Source: Bacilli bacterium
GTDB taxonomy: Bacteria; Bacillota_I; Bacilli_A; ML615J-28; CAG-698
Assembly: GCA_050953065.1 (NCBI GenBank)
Contig: JBMNLZ010000003.1
Location: forward strand, 384,001 to 448,000
DNA length: 64,000 nucleotides
Direction of reading: 5' to 3'
Positions 29,103 to 37,919 of the stretch are shown one piece after another. Below the pieces are notes generated by a model. That model saw nothing but the letters and a program-made list of their open reading frames with translations, ran no database searches and had not been told where the DNA came from. Positions within the stretch are counted from its first letter, which is position 1, and the number at the start of each line of letters is the position of its first letter. The position numbers were made by a program, and so were the translations under genes.

Positions 29103-29795
29103 TTATATCTCCTTATTTCTTATAAATTTTTGATAGTCTTCAACTGCAAAAGCAGCAGCATTTTTCGTTTTATTTAAAGCACCCCTTACAAAAGATAAAT
29201 GCGTATAATAATCATAATATTTAAATGAAGGACTATTCATAATAAACCAATGTTTTTGAATTGCTTTACACCATAAATCATATCCTTCAGTCCCATCAAT
29301 ATAAACATATGGAACAAAGCCATCTCGATCTTCCCAGTTTTCACAGTAATATATAGGAGCATAATGTCTTTCACCTTCTACCTTATCGCCCATATCAACG
29401 CCAGCATAAAAAGCTGCATCAACTACGTTTAAATAAGTATTTCTATGATCTTTATGCATACTGTTTTTCCAATGCGTAAAGATAGCACTTGGTTTATATT
29501 TTCTAATTAAACTAGCAATTCTAAACTTAACTTCATCATTAACTGGTAACTCTCCATCAGGATATTCAAAAACAATTGCATCCCCTTTTAACATACGAGC
29601 AAATTCGCTAGCTTCTTTTTCTTTTTGAAGCCTATATTCTTCTACACTCATACCTTTAGGATTACCACGCTCTCCTCCAGTTAAAGCAATAGTTACAATT
29701 TTATTTCCCTTTAAACTTTCAGTAGCAAGAATTAACCCTGCCGTTAATTCCATATCACCAACATGGCCACCAATTGCTAAAAATGTTTTACTCAT
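29103..29795 (-). CDS. PIG-L/LmbE-family N-acetyl sugar deacetylase
   Basis: GGHVGDME (variant of HPDD), LTGGERG, IRKYKP, FTHW...HKDH motifs. Confidence 0.85.
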   Translation of the reverse strand: MSKTFLAIGGHVGDMELTAGLILATESLKGNKIVTIALTGGERGNPKGMSVEEYRLQKEKEASEFARMLKGDAIVFEYPDGELPVNDEVKFRIASLIRKYKPSAIFTHWKNSMHKDHRNTYLNVVDAAFYAGVDMGDKVEGERHYAPIYYCENWEDRDGFVPYVYIDGTEGYDLWCKAIQKHWFIMNSPSFKYYDYYTHLSFVRGALNKTKNAAAFAVEDYQKFIRNKEI

Positions 29796-29798
29796 AGA

Positions 29799-30782
29799 TT
29801 ATAAATCCTTTCTTAAAATCGCAAAAGATTGCACTAATCTAAAACCTGCATAAAAATAAAGATTTCTTGCAGGATTTTCACTACCTGTAAAAAGTGTCAT
29901 AAACTTAGCACCATTTTGTTTTGAAATATAACACAAATAACAAAATAGCGTTTTACCTAATCCTCTTCCTTGAACTTTAGGATGAACTCCTACTCCATCA
30001 AAATGCCCTCTCCCACCATCCTCAGTATAAACAGCACCAGTCCAGCCTAAAATTTCTCCATCCTTTTCAACAATTAGCATCGGTTTTGGATCTTTTTTTG
30101 CTAGATTATTTTCAGTTACTGCTTTCCAACCAGGATTATTTAATGCCTCAAACAATTCATTAAAACCATGATGTTTTTTAGAATCATACATTGTTATATT
30201 ATAACCATCAGCTTTATTTTGTTCAATTTGTTCTACTACTTTTTGTGGTAATTCATAATTTTGTAAGTCTAAGAAATAACCATCTAATTGTCCATTATTT
30301 GTATAACGATTATTCATAAACAAAAAATAATATTTTGAATTATAAGGAATCGCTGGAGCCCCACCATGATAGGCATCCTCATTTGGAATTAACCATTTAA
30401 AATTAACTGGATTATAAAACATTAATCTAACAAACTTTTTACCCTTGTCTTTCAAAAAATCTTCTAAGGCTTTTAAAACAAGTGAACCATAACCATTTTT
30501 TTGATGTTCATTTTTAATAAAAACACATGTAATAAAACCAGGAGTTTCCTCAATGTTTTCATCATTTTTATTAATCATTGCATTCCCATAACCAATTGGT
30601 TCTCCTGCTAAAGTTATAGTCAAACTGCCTTCAGAATCATAGTTAGAATTTTTCATAAAAGTTTGTTTAAATAATTCAACTGTAAAAGGAGCATAAACTG
30701 AATTTCCTACTACATCACTATTCCAAATTGAAACTAGCGTTGATACATCTTCATCTTTAAATTTTCTAATTTCCATTAACAT
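29799..30782 (-). CDS. Second tandem-GNAT N-acetyltransferase
   Basis: Motif A twice (HQKNGYGS, VQGRGLGK); LFTGSENPARNLYFYAGF. Confidence 0.85.
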   Translation of the reverse strand: MLMEIRKFKDEDVSTLVSIWNSDVVGNSVYAPFTVELFKQTFMKNSNYDSEGSLTITLAGEPIGYGNAMINKNDENIEETPGFITCVFIKNEHQKNGYGSLVLKALEDFLKDKGKKFVRLMFYNPVNFKWLIPNEDAYHGGAPAIPYNSKYYFLFMNNRYTNNGQLDGYFLDLQNYELPQKVVEQIEQNKADGYNITMYDSKKHHGFNELFEALNNPGWKAVTENNLAKKDPKPMLIVEKDGEILGWTGAVYTEDGGRGHFDGVGVHPKVQGRGLGKTLFCYLCYISKQNGAKFMTLFTGSENPARNLYFYAGFRLVQSFAILRKDL

Positions 30783-30811
30783 ATATCTTTTCTCCTCTAA
30801 GTTTATTTTTT

Positions 30812-31879
30812 TTAAGTAAAGTTAGCGATTATATAATTTCCAATTTTACTTCTAAAAGGAATTATCTTATTGTTTTCTCTTGTTGGATGAACTCTATTAC
30901 TTAACATACAAAAAGCAATTTTATTATCTCTATCAATAAATAAATTAGTCCCCGTAAAACCAGTATGTAAAATTGTATTAGGACTTGCTAAGTCTCCACA
31001 TGATGGATAATCACTCTTTAAGATCCACCCTAACCCTCTTTTACTACCAACTAAACTAATTCCTTCTTTTTCTTCTACTTGTGGGGTAAAAAGCAAATCA
31101 ATACTTGCTTTAGATAAAATGCGTCTACCTTTATATACTCCATTATTTAAAATCATTTCCATAAAGTTACCAATATCATCTGCTGTTGAAAATACTCCAG
31201 CATGTCCTGCAACACCACCTAAAATATAAGCTTTTTCATCATGAACTTTTCCACGTAATAAATCCTGACAAATAGCATCATTTCTTTTTTCAGTTGGAGC
31301 ACATCTTTCAGTATTTTTAGGATTATATGTTGTATCTTTCATATCAAGTTTTGAAAAAACATATAATTTAGCTGCTCTATCTAAACCCATTCCTGAAACT
31401 GTTTCAATTAGTTTCCCCAGCAAAATAAAACCGATATCTGAATATATTATCTTTTCACTTCTTCCTGCTTTAAGTGGTACTTTATAAGCAAAATCAAAAA
31501 CCTCTTCAGGCTTTGCTAGTGTATTAGCTTTAGGAATATCAGGTACTAAACCTGAAGTATGAGTCATTAAATCAAAGATAGTAATATCATCGTTTTTAAA
31601 ATCAGGCAAGTATTTACTAACACTATCATAAAGCCTTATTTTACCCGCTTCTAATAATTGCATTAAAAGTGTAGTTGTAGAAACAACTTTCGAAACTGAA
31701 GCCATATCATAAATTGTATTAATATAATTTTCTTCCTTTTTAGGAAGCAACGCTTTATACCCAAAAGCTCCAGTATAACGCCTCTTTCCTGCAATCAAAC
31801 AATAAGTCGCACCGGGAAAAACACCATCTTTAACAGCTTCTTCCATCAAATCATTAAACCCAATCATTTTAGAATTCAT
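30812..31879 (-). CDS. Beta-lactamase-family serine hydrolase, AmiE/YbbE-like muropeptide amidase
   Basis: SxxK (ASVSK), LMTHTSG, YSD, GKVHDEKA...GGVAGHAGVFS, HTGFTGT, SNRVHP; ATG at 31879. Confidence 0.82.
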   Translation of the reverse strand: MNSKMIGFNDLMEEAVKDGVFPGATYCLIAGKRRYTGAFGYKALLPKKEENYINTIYDMASVSKVVSTTTLLMQLLEAGKIRLYDSVSKYLPDFKNDDITIFDLMTHTSGLVPDIPKANTLAKPEEVFDFAYKVPLKAGRSEKIIYSDIGFILLGKLIETVSGMGLDRAAKLYVFSKLDMKDTTYNPKNTERCAPTEKRNDAICQDLLRGKVHDEKAYILGGVAGHAGVFSTADDIGNFMEMILNNGVYKGRRILSKASIDLLFTPQVEEKEGISLVGSKRGLGWILKSDYPSCGDLASPNTILHTGFTGTNLFIDRDNKIAFCMLSNRVHPTRENNKIIPFRSKIGNYIIANFT

Positions 31880-34046
31880 AAACTTTCCCCTTAAATCTAT
31901 TATAAAAATTATCAAATGTGATTTTTTTAATTACATTATCACTATAGCCTTTAACACGAAGCCTTTCAATTAAAAGATTAATTTCAGTTACTTTAGAAAT
32001 CTCTTTTGTATTAGAACTTGGAAAATCATCCAAATAATCCATAAAGTCTAACCCTAAACATACATTATCAATCCCAAGTGCATTAATAGCATATTCAATA
32101 TGTTTAATAAACATATCAATACTTTTATCTTCTTTTGAAATGAAATTTCCAACTAAAGTTAAACCTAATAAACCATCGGCTTCTTTTAATGCTTTTAATT
32201 GAGCATCATCTAAATTTCTTTTATGATCACATAGACTTCTAATATTTCCGTGTGAATAAATAATATTTTTATTTGTTAGTTTTAAAACATCAAAAAAACT
32301 TTGATAATTTAGATGAGCTAAATCAATTATCATATCAAGTTTTTCCATTTTTTTAATTAAATCTTTTCCTTTTTCAGTTAAGCCTCTTTCAGGATTGCCC
32401 TTTACTCCAGTAGCATAATCATTTTCTTCATTCCATGTTAACATTGCATGACGAAAACCTAATTTATATAAAGTATCTAAATCATTTATGCTTTTTAAAT
32501 TTCTTAACCCTTCAAAACCTAAAATCAATTTAAAATCAACTAATAATTTAAAATCAATTTGAGCAAGAGCCTTTTTAGATGCTTCAATTAAATCAAATTC
32601 ATCAGGCGAATATAGTGTCCAAAGTCCACCTTTAACTGATGTTTCTGATAATTGTTGCAAGTGAAAATCAAATCTATTTTCAATTCCCATTTTAGCCTTA
32701 TCATATAAATCATATAAGATATCAGTGTGAGTATCAAAGATAGGCAAACTTTTTTGATTAAAACTAGATAAAAGTTTATCATAACTTTCTCTTTTAATTG
32801 CTAGATTAACGTTATCCTCTTTTACAAAAACAACAGCTGGTCTAACATGAGAATTATAATTCATAGACATTGAATATCCATATGCTCCAGTTGAATAAAC
32901 AACTAAAATATCTCCTCTTTTAAAACTAGGCACTTCTACTCCTTGAGCTATGATATCACCACTCTCGCAACAAGGTCCAACAATATCACATTTAATAGTT
33001 TTTAACTCATTCATCTTATTAGCTACATCAACACTATATTTAGCTTGATATAAAGCAGGCCTAATATTATCATTCATTCCACCATCAACTGGTAAATATA
33101 TTTTCTTATTATAAGTTTCTTTCAAATCACCTATTGTATAAAGTGTACTACAAGCATCGCCTACAATACTTCTGCCTGGTTCAATCATTAAAGTATTTAA
33201 AGCAATTTTAAATTTATTAGTTAAATCTTCTACTTCTTTTACAACTTCTTTTAAAGTTTTTTCCAAATCAATTTCAGTATCTGTTTTTAAATATTTAATT
33301 CCAAAGCCTCCACCTAAATTAAGAACCTTCGCCTCAAAGTCATATTTTTCTTTTACATCTTTTAAAAACTCTACCATTGTTTTAGCTGAATTAATAAAAG
33401 AATCAGGAGTTGTTATTTGAGAACCAATATGAGCATGAAAACCATCTAATTCAATATAAGATGCATTTTTATAAAAGTCAATTATTTTTTCTATTTTTGC
33501 CTCATCAAAGATTGACTCTCCAAATTTAGAATCAACAGATGATGTTTGAATATATTCATGAGTATGAGCTGAAATTCCAGGGTTTATTCTAAATAAAGTT
33601 TTAACTTGTTTTTTGTTGATTCTAGCAATTTTTTCTAATCTTTCTAACTCTGGAATATTGTCTACAATAATATATTTTACTCCTAATTTAACTGCAAATT
33701 CTAATTCTTCATCCGTTTTATTATTTCCATGAAAAACTGCTTTAGAAAGAGGAAAGTTAGTTTTATGTAAAATATATAAATCTCCATAACTAACACTATC
33801 AATCCCAACATTATATTCTAATAAAATATCATTTAGATAACTTGAAAGAAAAGCTTTAGATGCATAATATATTTCACAATTAAACTTCTTACTTTTAAAG
33901 TTATTAATAAAAGTAGATATTTTATTTCTCAAATGCAATTCATCAAAAACCATTAAAGGAGTCCCATAAATTCTTGCTAAATCTTTAGCAGATTTTTTAC
34001 CAAAATATAATGCGTTTCCTTTAACACTCATTCCTAATGTTTTCAT
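31869..34046 (-). CDS. lysA: Diaminopimelate decarboxylase fused to an M19 membrane dipeptidase
   Basis: LysA part: YGTPL, YASKAF, FHGNNK, HAHIGSQ, NLGGGFG, EPGRS, DNIRPALY, CCESGD, GAYG. M19 part: FDTHTD, GFEG, LTWN, IIDLAH, YSH, RNL, GLDF. ATG at 34046 follows a GAGG RBS. Confidence 0.9.
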   Translation of the reverse strand: MKTLGMSVKGNALYFGKKSAKDLARIYGTPLMVFDELHLRNKISTFINNFKSKKFNCEIYYASKAFLSSYLNDILLEYNVGIDSVSYGDLYILHKTNFPLSKAVFHGNNKTDEELEFAVKLGVKYIIVDNIPELERLEKIARINKKQVKTLFRINPGISAHTHEYIQTSSVDSKFGESIFDEAKIEKIIDFYKNASYIELDGFHAHIGSQITTPDSFINSAKTMVEFLKDVKEKYDFEAKVLNLGGGFGIKYLKTDTEIDLEKTLKEVVKEVEDLTNKFKIALNTLMIEPGRSIVGDACSTLYTIGDLKETYNKKIYLPVDGGMNDNIRPALYQAKYSVDVANKMNELKTIKCDIVGPCCESGDIIAQGVEVPSFKRGDILVVYSTGAYGYSMSMNYNSHVRPAVVFVKEDNVNLAIKRESYDKLLSSFNQKSLPIFDTHTDILYDLYDKAKMGIENRFDFHLQQLSETSVKGGLWTLYSPDEFDLIEASKKALAQIDFKLLVDFKLILGFEGLRNLKSINDLDTLYKLGFRHAMLTWNEENDYATGVKGNPERGLTEKGKDLIKKMEKLDMIIDLAHLNYQSFFDVLKLTNKNIIYSHGNIRSLCDHKRNLDDAQLKALKEADGLLGLTLVGNFISKEDKSIDMFIKHIEYAINALGIDNVCLGLDFMDYLDDFPSSNTKEISKVTEINLLIERLRVKGYSDNVIKKITFDNFYNRFKGKVYEF

Positions 34047-34141
34047 AAGTTTCCTCACTAAAAATTAATTAAACTATCAAATCATATTATAACACAATTT
34101 CTATAAAATAAATTGTTTTCTTTAAAACTTTTTAAATAAAA

Positions 34142-34260
34142 AAGATTCTTTACTTAATTTCCCACACTCACATACCAAGTTAAGCTTAAGGCTGCTTCAG
34201 TCAAGACCTGACCTGGTTCACTGCCTGATATTGAATGCAGGAATCTAAATAAAGAATCCC
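34142..34260 (-). ncRNA. ffs: Small SRP RNA (4.5S type)
   Basis: Minus strand GAACCAGGTCAGGTCTTGACTGAAGCAGCCTTAAG matches the helix-8 core TCAGG...AGCAGC; the ends GATTCTTTA/TAAAGAATC pair; extended -10 TGGTATAAT at 34268-34276. Confidence 0.9.
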
Positions 34261-34405
34261 TAATTTCATTATACCACTTTTTCATGTTTTTTAAAAGATT
34301 TTTTTAAATTAATACGCTAAACTAAGTTAGTAGTTTTCTTTTCATCTTTAAAGCCTTAAATTGCCTCTGGTTTAGAGTTTTTATAAAGATTTTAGTATTT
34401 ATATC

Positions 34406-34445
34406 AAAAAGAAAAACCACTTCCTTAAAAGAAAGTGGTTTTTTT
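34406..34445 (-). terminator. Terminator of the Big_2-metallophosphoesterase gene
   Basis: AAAAACCACTT...AAGTGGTTTTT inverted repeat. Confidence 0.8.
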
Positions 34446-34455
34446 AAGTTAAAAA

Positions 34456-37400
34456 TTATTTTTTAGGAATGCTGTAAGTATCCAGTACAGTACCTGATGC
34501 ATTAAACATTTGACCAGTAATTTGAGTTGAACTAACTGTAATAGTTGAAATTGTACTGATATCATTATTGTTAGTTGAGCCACCATATACTTTAGCAGAA
34601 TATGAACTTGCTGCTGTTGCAATTCTACCACGTGCTCCTATTTGGTTGGCTGTAATATAAACAGTTCCAACAGAAGCTGTTGAGACAGCACCATTTTTAA
34701 TTGGTTTGCTTCTTACGTATACATGGTCATCTCCTGATAAGACTAAATCAACTCCTAGACTTTCTAAAGTACTTCCATAAATATTATAACAATCACTTGA
34801 CTTAGCAACTCCACTTGGTGCACTAGCAGTTGACCCGTGGAAAAATTCTCTATGAGAAAAGGCAATTACAAAATCACTTGGATTATTATTAATTACAGTA
34901 GAAAGCCATGATTTTTGAGCATTTCTTCTTGTAGTGTCTAGAACTTCTGAGTTTATACCAACAAACAATACATTATTATATTTAAAATAATAAGATGAAT
35001 TTGAAATACCACTTGCTCCATTTTTAGGATTATTAAACATAGCATTATAATAAACATCTGATGTATGTTCAGGATATACACTACCTTGAGCTTTATAATA
35101 ATCATGGTTTCCTGGAACCGAAGCTAAAAAATAATTTTTAGCAAATGGAGCTGTTGCTAAATGTTTCCATTGATAATAATCACTTCCATGAGCAGTTAAA
35201 TCACCTGTGAATAAAACAAAACTTAAACCACTTACCTTTGATTCAGCTCTTGAAACCAATGAATTAGCTGTACTTAATCTAGAACTTAGTGCAGGATAAG
35301 CATGGACGTCTGACATATAGATAAAACTAAATGTTGTAGTTGAAGCAGTTTTAAAATAATAATCACTTGAAGCACTTGAGCCTATAATTCTATATCTATA
35401 TTCAGTATTAGCTGTTAAACCTGTAATGTTTACAAGTTTTCTAAAATAACTTACAGTACCATTATATCCTTGACTGTTTCCATCTGATGTACTTACAAAA
35501 GAAGCTGAAGTGCTAGATGGAGCTACTTGAACTTTATTTGCATAAGTAGTATCGCTTTTTTTAGTATACTCTAAATATCCTCCACTTGTTGTATGATGCC
35601 AACTAATATTCATTTGAGAACTAGCATTTGCACCAGGAGATGCAAACACTAAACTAGATGTACCAGTAGCTGCTGGCATTGTTCCTCCCGGAGGATTTGA
35701 TCCACCTGTGCCAATTGTTAGAGTAATTGTTCCAGATCCTTTTGAAGGATGAGTTACAGTAATTGTTACTGTACCATCTTTTAATGCTGAAATTGTTCCA
35801 TAAGTTGAAACTGTTGCAACACTTGAATCACTTGATGTAAAGACACATTCAAGACGAGAAACACTTGTTCCACCTGAATCTCTTACATAAATTTGGTATC
35901 CAGAACCACCCACTGGAACATTTGCACTAGGATCAGCTGTGATTGTTAGAGTTCCTGCTGGAGGATTTGTTACTGTTATAGTACATGTTGCTTTTACTGA
36001 TGTATCGGCAACTGAAGTTGCTGTAATTGTTGCTGTTCCTGCTGCTTTAGCTGTTACAACACCGTTTGTAACAGTTGCAACTGTTGCATTACTTGTTGTC
36101 CATGTAACACTTGTATTACTTGCATTTGTTACTGTGGCTGTTAATGTTTTTGTTGCATTAACAAGTAATGAGGCTGTTGTATCTGATAGAGTAATAGTTG
36201 GTGTAGGTTGAGCGGTAACTGTCACACTTGCTTGAGCTTGAATACTATTATTTGCATTAAGCTTTGCAATAATGTTTGCTGTTCCAGCTGCTACTGCTGT
36301 TACTTTTCCATTACTGTCTACTGTTGCAACACTTGTATTACTACTGCTCCATGAAACTGATTTATCAGTTAGGGATGCTGCTACTACTGTTGCTGTTAAT
36401 GTTTGATTAGATCCAGCCACTAGATTTAATGAAGTAGGATTTAAAGTAATACTCATTTGATCAGTTACTGTTACCTGATGAGTTGCTTTAATGCTTGCAC
36501 TTACTATTGAAGTTGCTGTGATTGTTGCTGTACCTACTTTCATTCCAGTTACTCTACCATTTACATCTATGGTTGCAACTGTAGAATCACTTGAAGTCCA
36601 CGTAACTATGTTTGTTGCTCCTGTTGGAGTTGCTGTTGCTGTTAGAATTATATTTTGTCCATAACTAACTGTTGATGCTCCATTAATTGTAATTCCTGTT
36701 GGAAGAGGAATTACAGTTACTGTAAAGTTTGCTTTCTTTTCAGGATCTCCAACAAGTGATGCTGTAATTTGAACAACACCTCCAGAAACTCCTGTTACCC
36801 AGCCTGCTGCATCTACTATTGCAACACTAGTGTTGCTTGAAGCATAAGTAAACGTTGCAGGTTCATTAGCTGGAGTATATGTTACATTTAATTTAATTTT
36901 ATTTCCCTGTAATACTTCATTAGCTCCAGAAAGATTAATTGAAGTAATTGGGCTAGCTGAAGTTTCAGATTCTTTTACGACTAAAGTAAATGTATTTGAA
37001 ACAGATGTATCATCTGTTAGAGTTGCTGTGATTGTTACAATTCCTGTTGCAACACCTGTTACAATTCCAAATTCATTTACTGTTGCTTTTGAATTATCAC
37101 TACTTGTCCAAGTAATGCCTGTTATATTTCCTTGATTTGGAGTTACAGTTAAAATAACTGAATCACTAACATTAACAAAACTACTTCCGTTAATTATAAG
37201 TGATGTTGGTTTAACTACTACCGCCCCATCTGTTCTTACGTTAACAACGATTGTTGCAGAACGAGCCCCATATAAAGCTATGATAGATGTAACACCAGCT
37301 GCTTTTGCAGTCAAAACACCATTTGATGTTATTGATGCTACTTCTCCATTACTAGACATCCAAGAAATAGTTCCATTAACTATTTCTCCACCTAATAAAA

Positions 37401-37848
37401 CTTGTAAAGTAACAGTACTACCTACAGTCAAATTTTGATTCCCGTTAACTATTACAAAAGTTTGAGTATTAGGGTCTGGTTTGTTTTCGCCTGGGTTATC
37501 ATCAATTGGATTATCAGTTGATCCATCATCTATAGCAGTTACTATTACAGTTATCTTAATAAAGACTTCTGTATTTAAAACTCCAATTGTTAGTTCAGCT
37601 TGACCTGCACTAATTCCACTAATAACTCCATTTGAAACTGTAAAAATAGCCTCGTTAGAAGAAACATAGTAAAGGGCATTAGTTGATCCTACAACTTTAG
37701 GAGCAATTGAGACCATATCTTCTTCCTCAACAGTAATAGTATAACTATCAACTGTAATTTTAACTTCTCCACTCCCTAAACTTAAACCTTGACAACCAAC
37801 TAATAAAATACTAATTAACAAAGTAAAAACAATAAAGATTTTTTTCAT
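34456..37848 (-). CDS. Surface lipoprotein: 8 Big_2 repeats + FN3-like + calcineurin-like metallophosphoesterase
   Basis: Lipobox LVGC; repeated WxSSxxxVATV; SDVH, GDLT, GNHD, FSH, GDDHVY metal motifs. Confidence 0.85.
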   Translation of the reverse strand: MKKIFIVFTLLISILLVGCQGLSLGSGEVKITVDSYTITVEEEDMVSIAPKVVGSTNALYYVSSNEAIFTVSNGVISGISAGQAELTIGVLNTEVFIKITVIVTAIDDGSTDNPIDDNPGENKPDPNTQTFVIVNGNQNLTVGSTVTLQVLLGGEIVNGTISWMSSNGEVASITSNGVLTAKAAGVTSIIALYGARSATIVVNVRTDGAVVVKPTSLIINGSSFVNVSDSVILTVTPNQGNITGITWTSSDNSKATVNEFGIVTGVATGIVTITATLTDDTSVSNTFTLVVKESETSASPITSINLSGANEVLQGNKIKLNVTYTPANEPATFTYASSNTSVAIVDAAGWVTGVSGGVVQITASLVGDPEKKANFTVTVIPLPTGITINGASTVSYGQNIILTATATPTGATNIVTWTSSDSTVATIDVNGRVTGMKVGTATITATSIVSASIKATHQVTVTDQMSITLNPTSLNLVAGSNQTLTATVVAASLTDKSVSWSSSNTSVATVDSNGKVTAVAAGTANIIAKLNANNSIQAQASVTVTAQPTPTITLSDTTASLLVNATKTLTATVTNASNTSVTWTTSNATVATVTNGVVTAKAAGTATITATSVADTSVKATCTITVTNPPAGTLTITADPSANVPVGGSGYQIYVRDSGGTSVSRLECVFTSSDSSVATVSTYGTISALKDGTVTITVTHPSKGSGTITLTIGTGGSNPPGGTMPAATGTSSLVFASPGANASSQMNISWHHTTSGGYLEYTKKSDTTYANKVQVAPSSTSASFVSTSDGNSQGYNGTVSYFRKLVNITGLTANTEYRYRIIGSSASSDYYFKTASTTTFSFIYMSDVHAYPALSSRLSTANSLVSRAESKVSGLSFVLFTGDLTAHGSDYYQWKHLATAPFAKNYFLASVPGNHDYYKAQGSVYPEHTSDVYYNAMFNNPKNGASGISNSSYYFKYNNVLFVGINSEVLDTTRRNAQKSWLSTVINNNPSDFVIAFSHREFFHGSTASAPSGVAKSSDCYNIYGSTLESLGVDLVLSGDDHVYVRSKPIKNGAVSTASVGTVYITANQIGARGRIATAASSYSAKVYGGSTNNNDISTISTITVSSTQITGQMFNASGTVLDTYSIPKK

Positions 37849-37861
37849 TTTTAACTCCTCT

Positions 37862-37911
37862 AAAAAAGCTACTTGTACAACACCTCAATTTTTATGTATT
37901 AACAAGTAGCT
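37862..37911 (-). terminator. Intra-operon hairpin with U-tract directly before the RBS of the phosphoesterase gene
   Basis: AGCTACTTGT...ACAAGTAGCT followed by TTTTT then GAGGAG on the minus strand. Confidence 0.55.
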
Positions 37912-37919
37912 GATCTGTT

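Noticed and set aside
30812-31879. Beta-lactam resistance gene
   Set aside because: Motifs and context fit AmiE/YbbE-like muropeptide amidases; no signal peptide.
34140-34262. Structured RNA upstream of lysA considered as a lysine riboswitch or T-box
   Set aside because: It carries the SRP helix-8 motif and lacks L-box and T-box motifs; lysA has its own extended -10 near 34086-34094.
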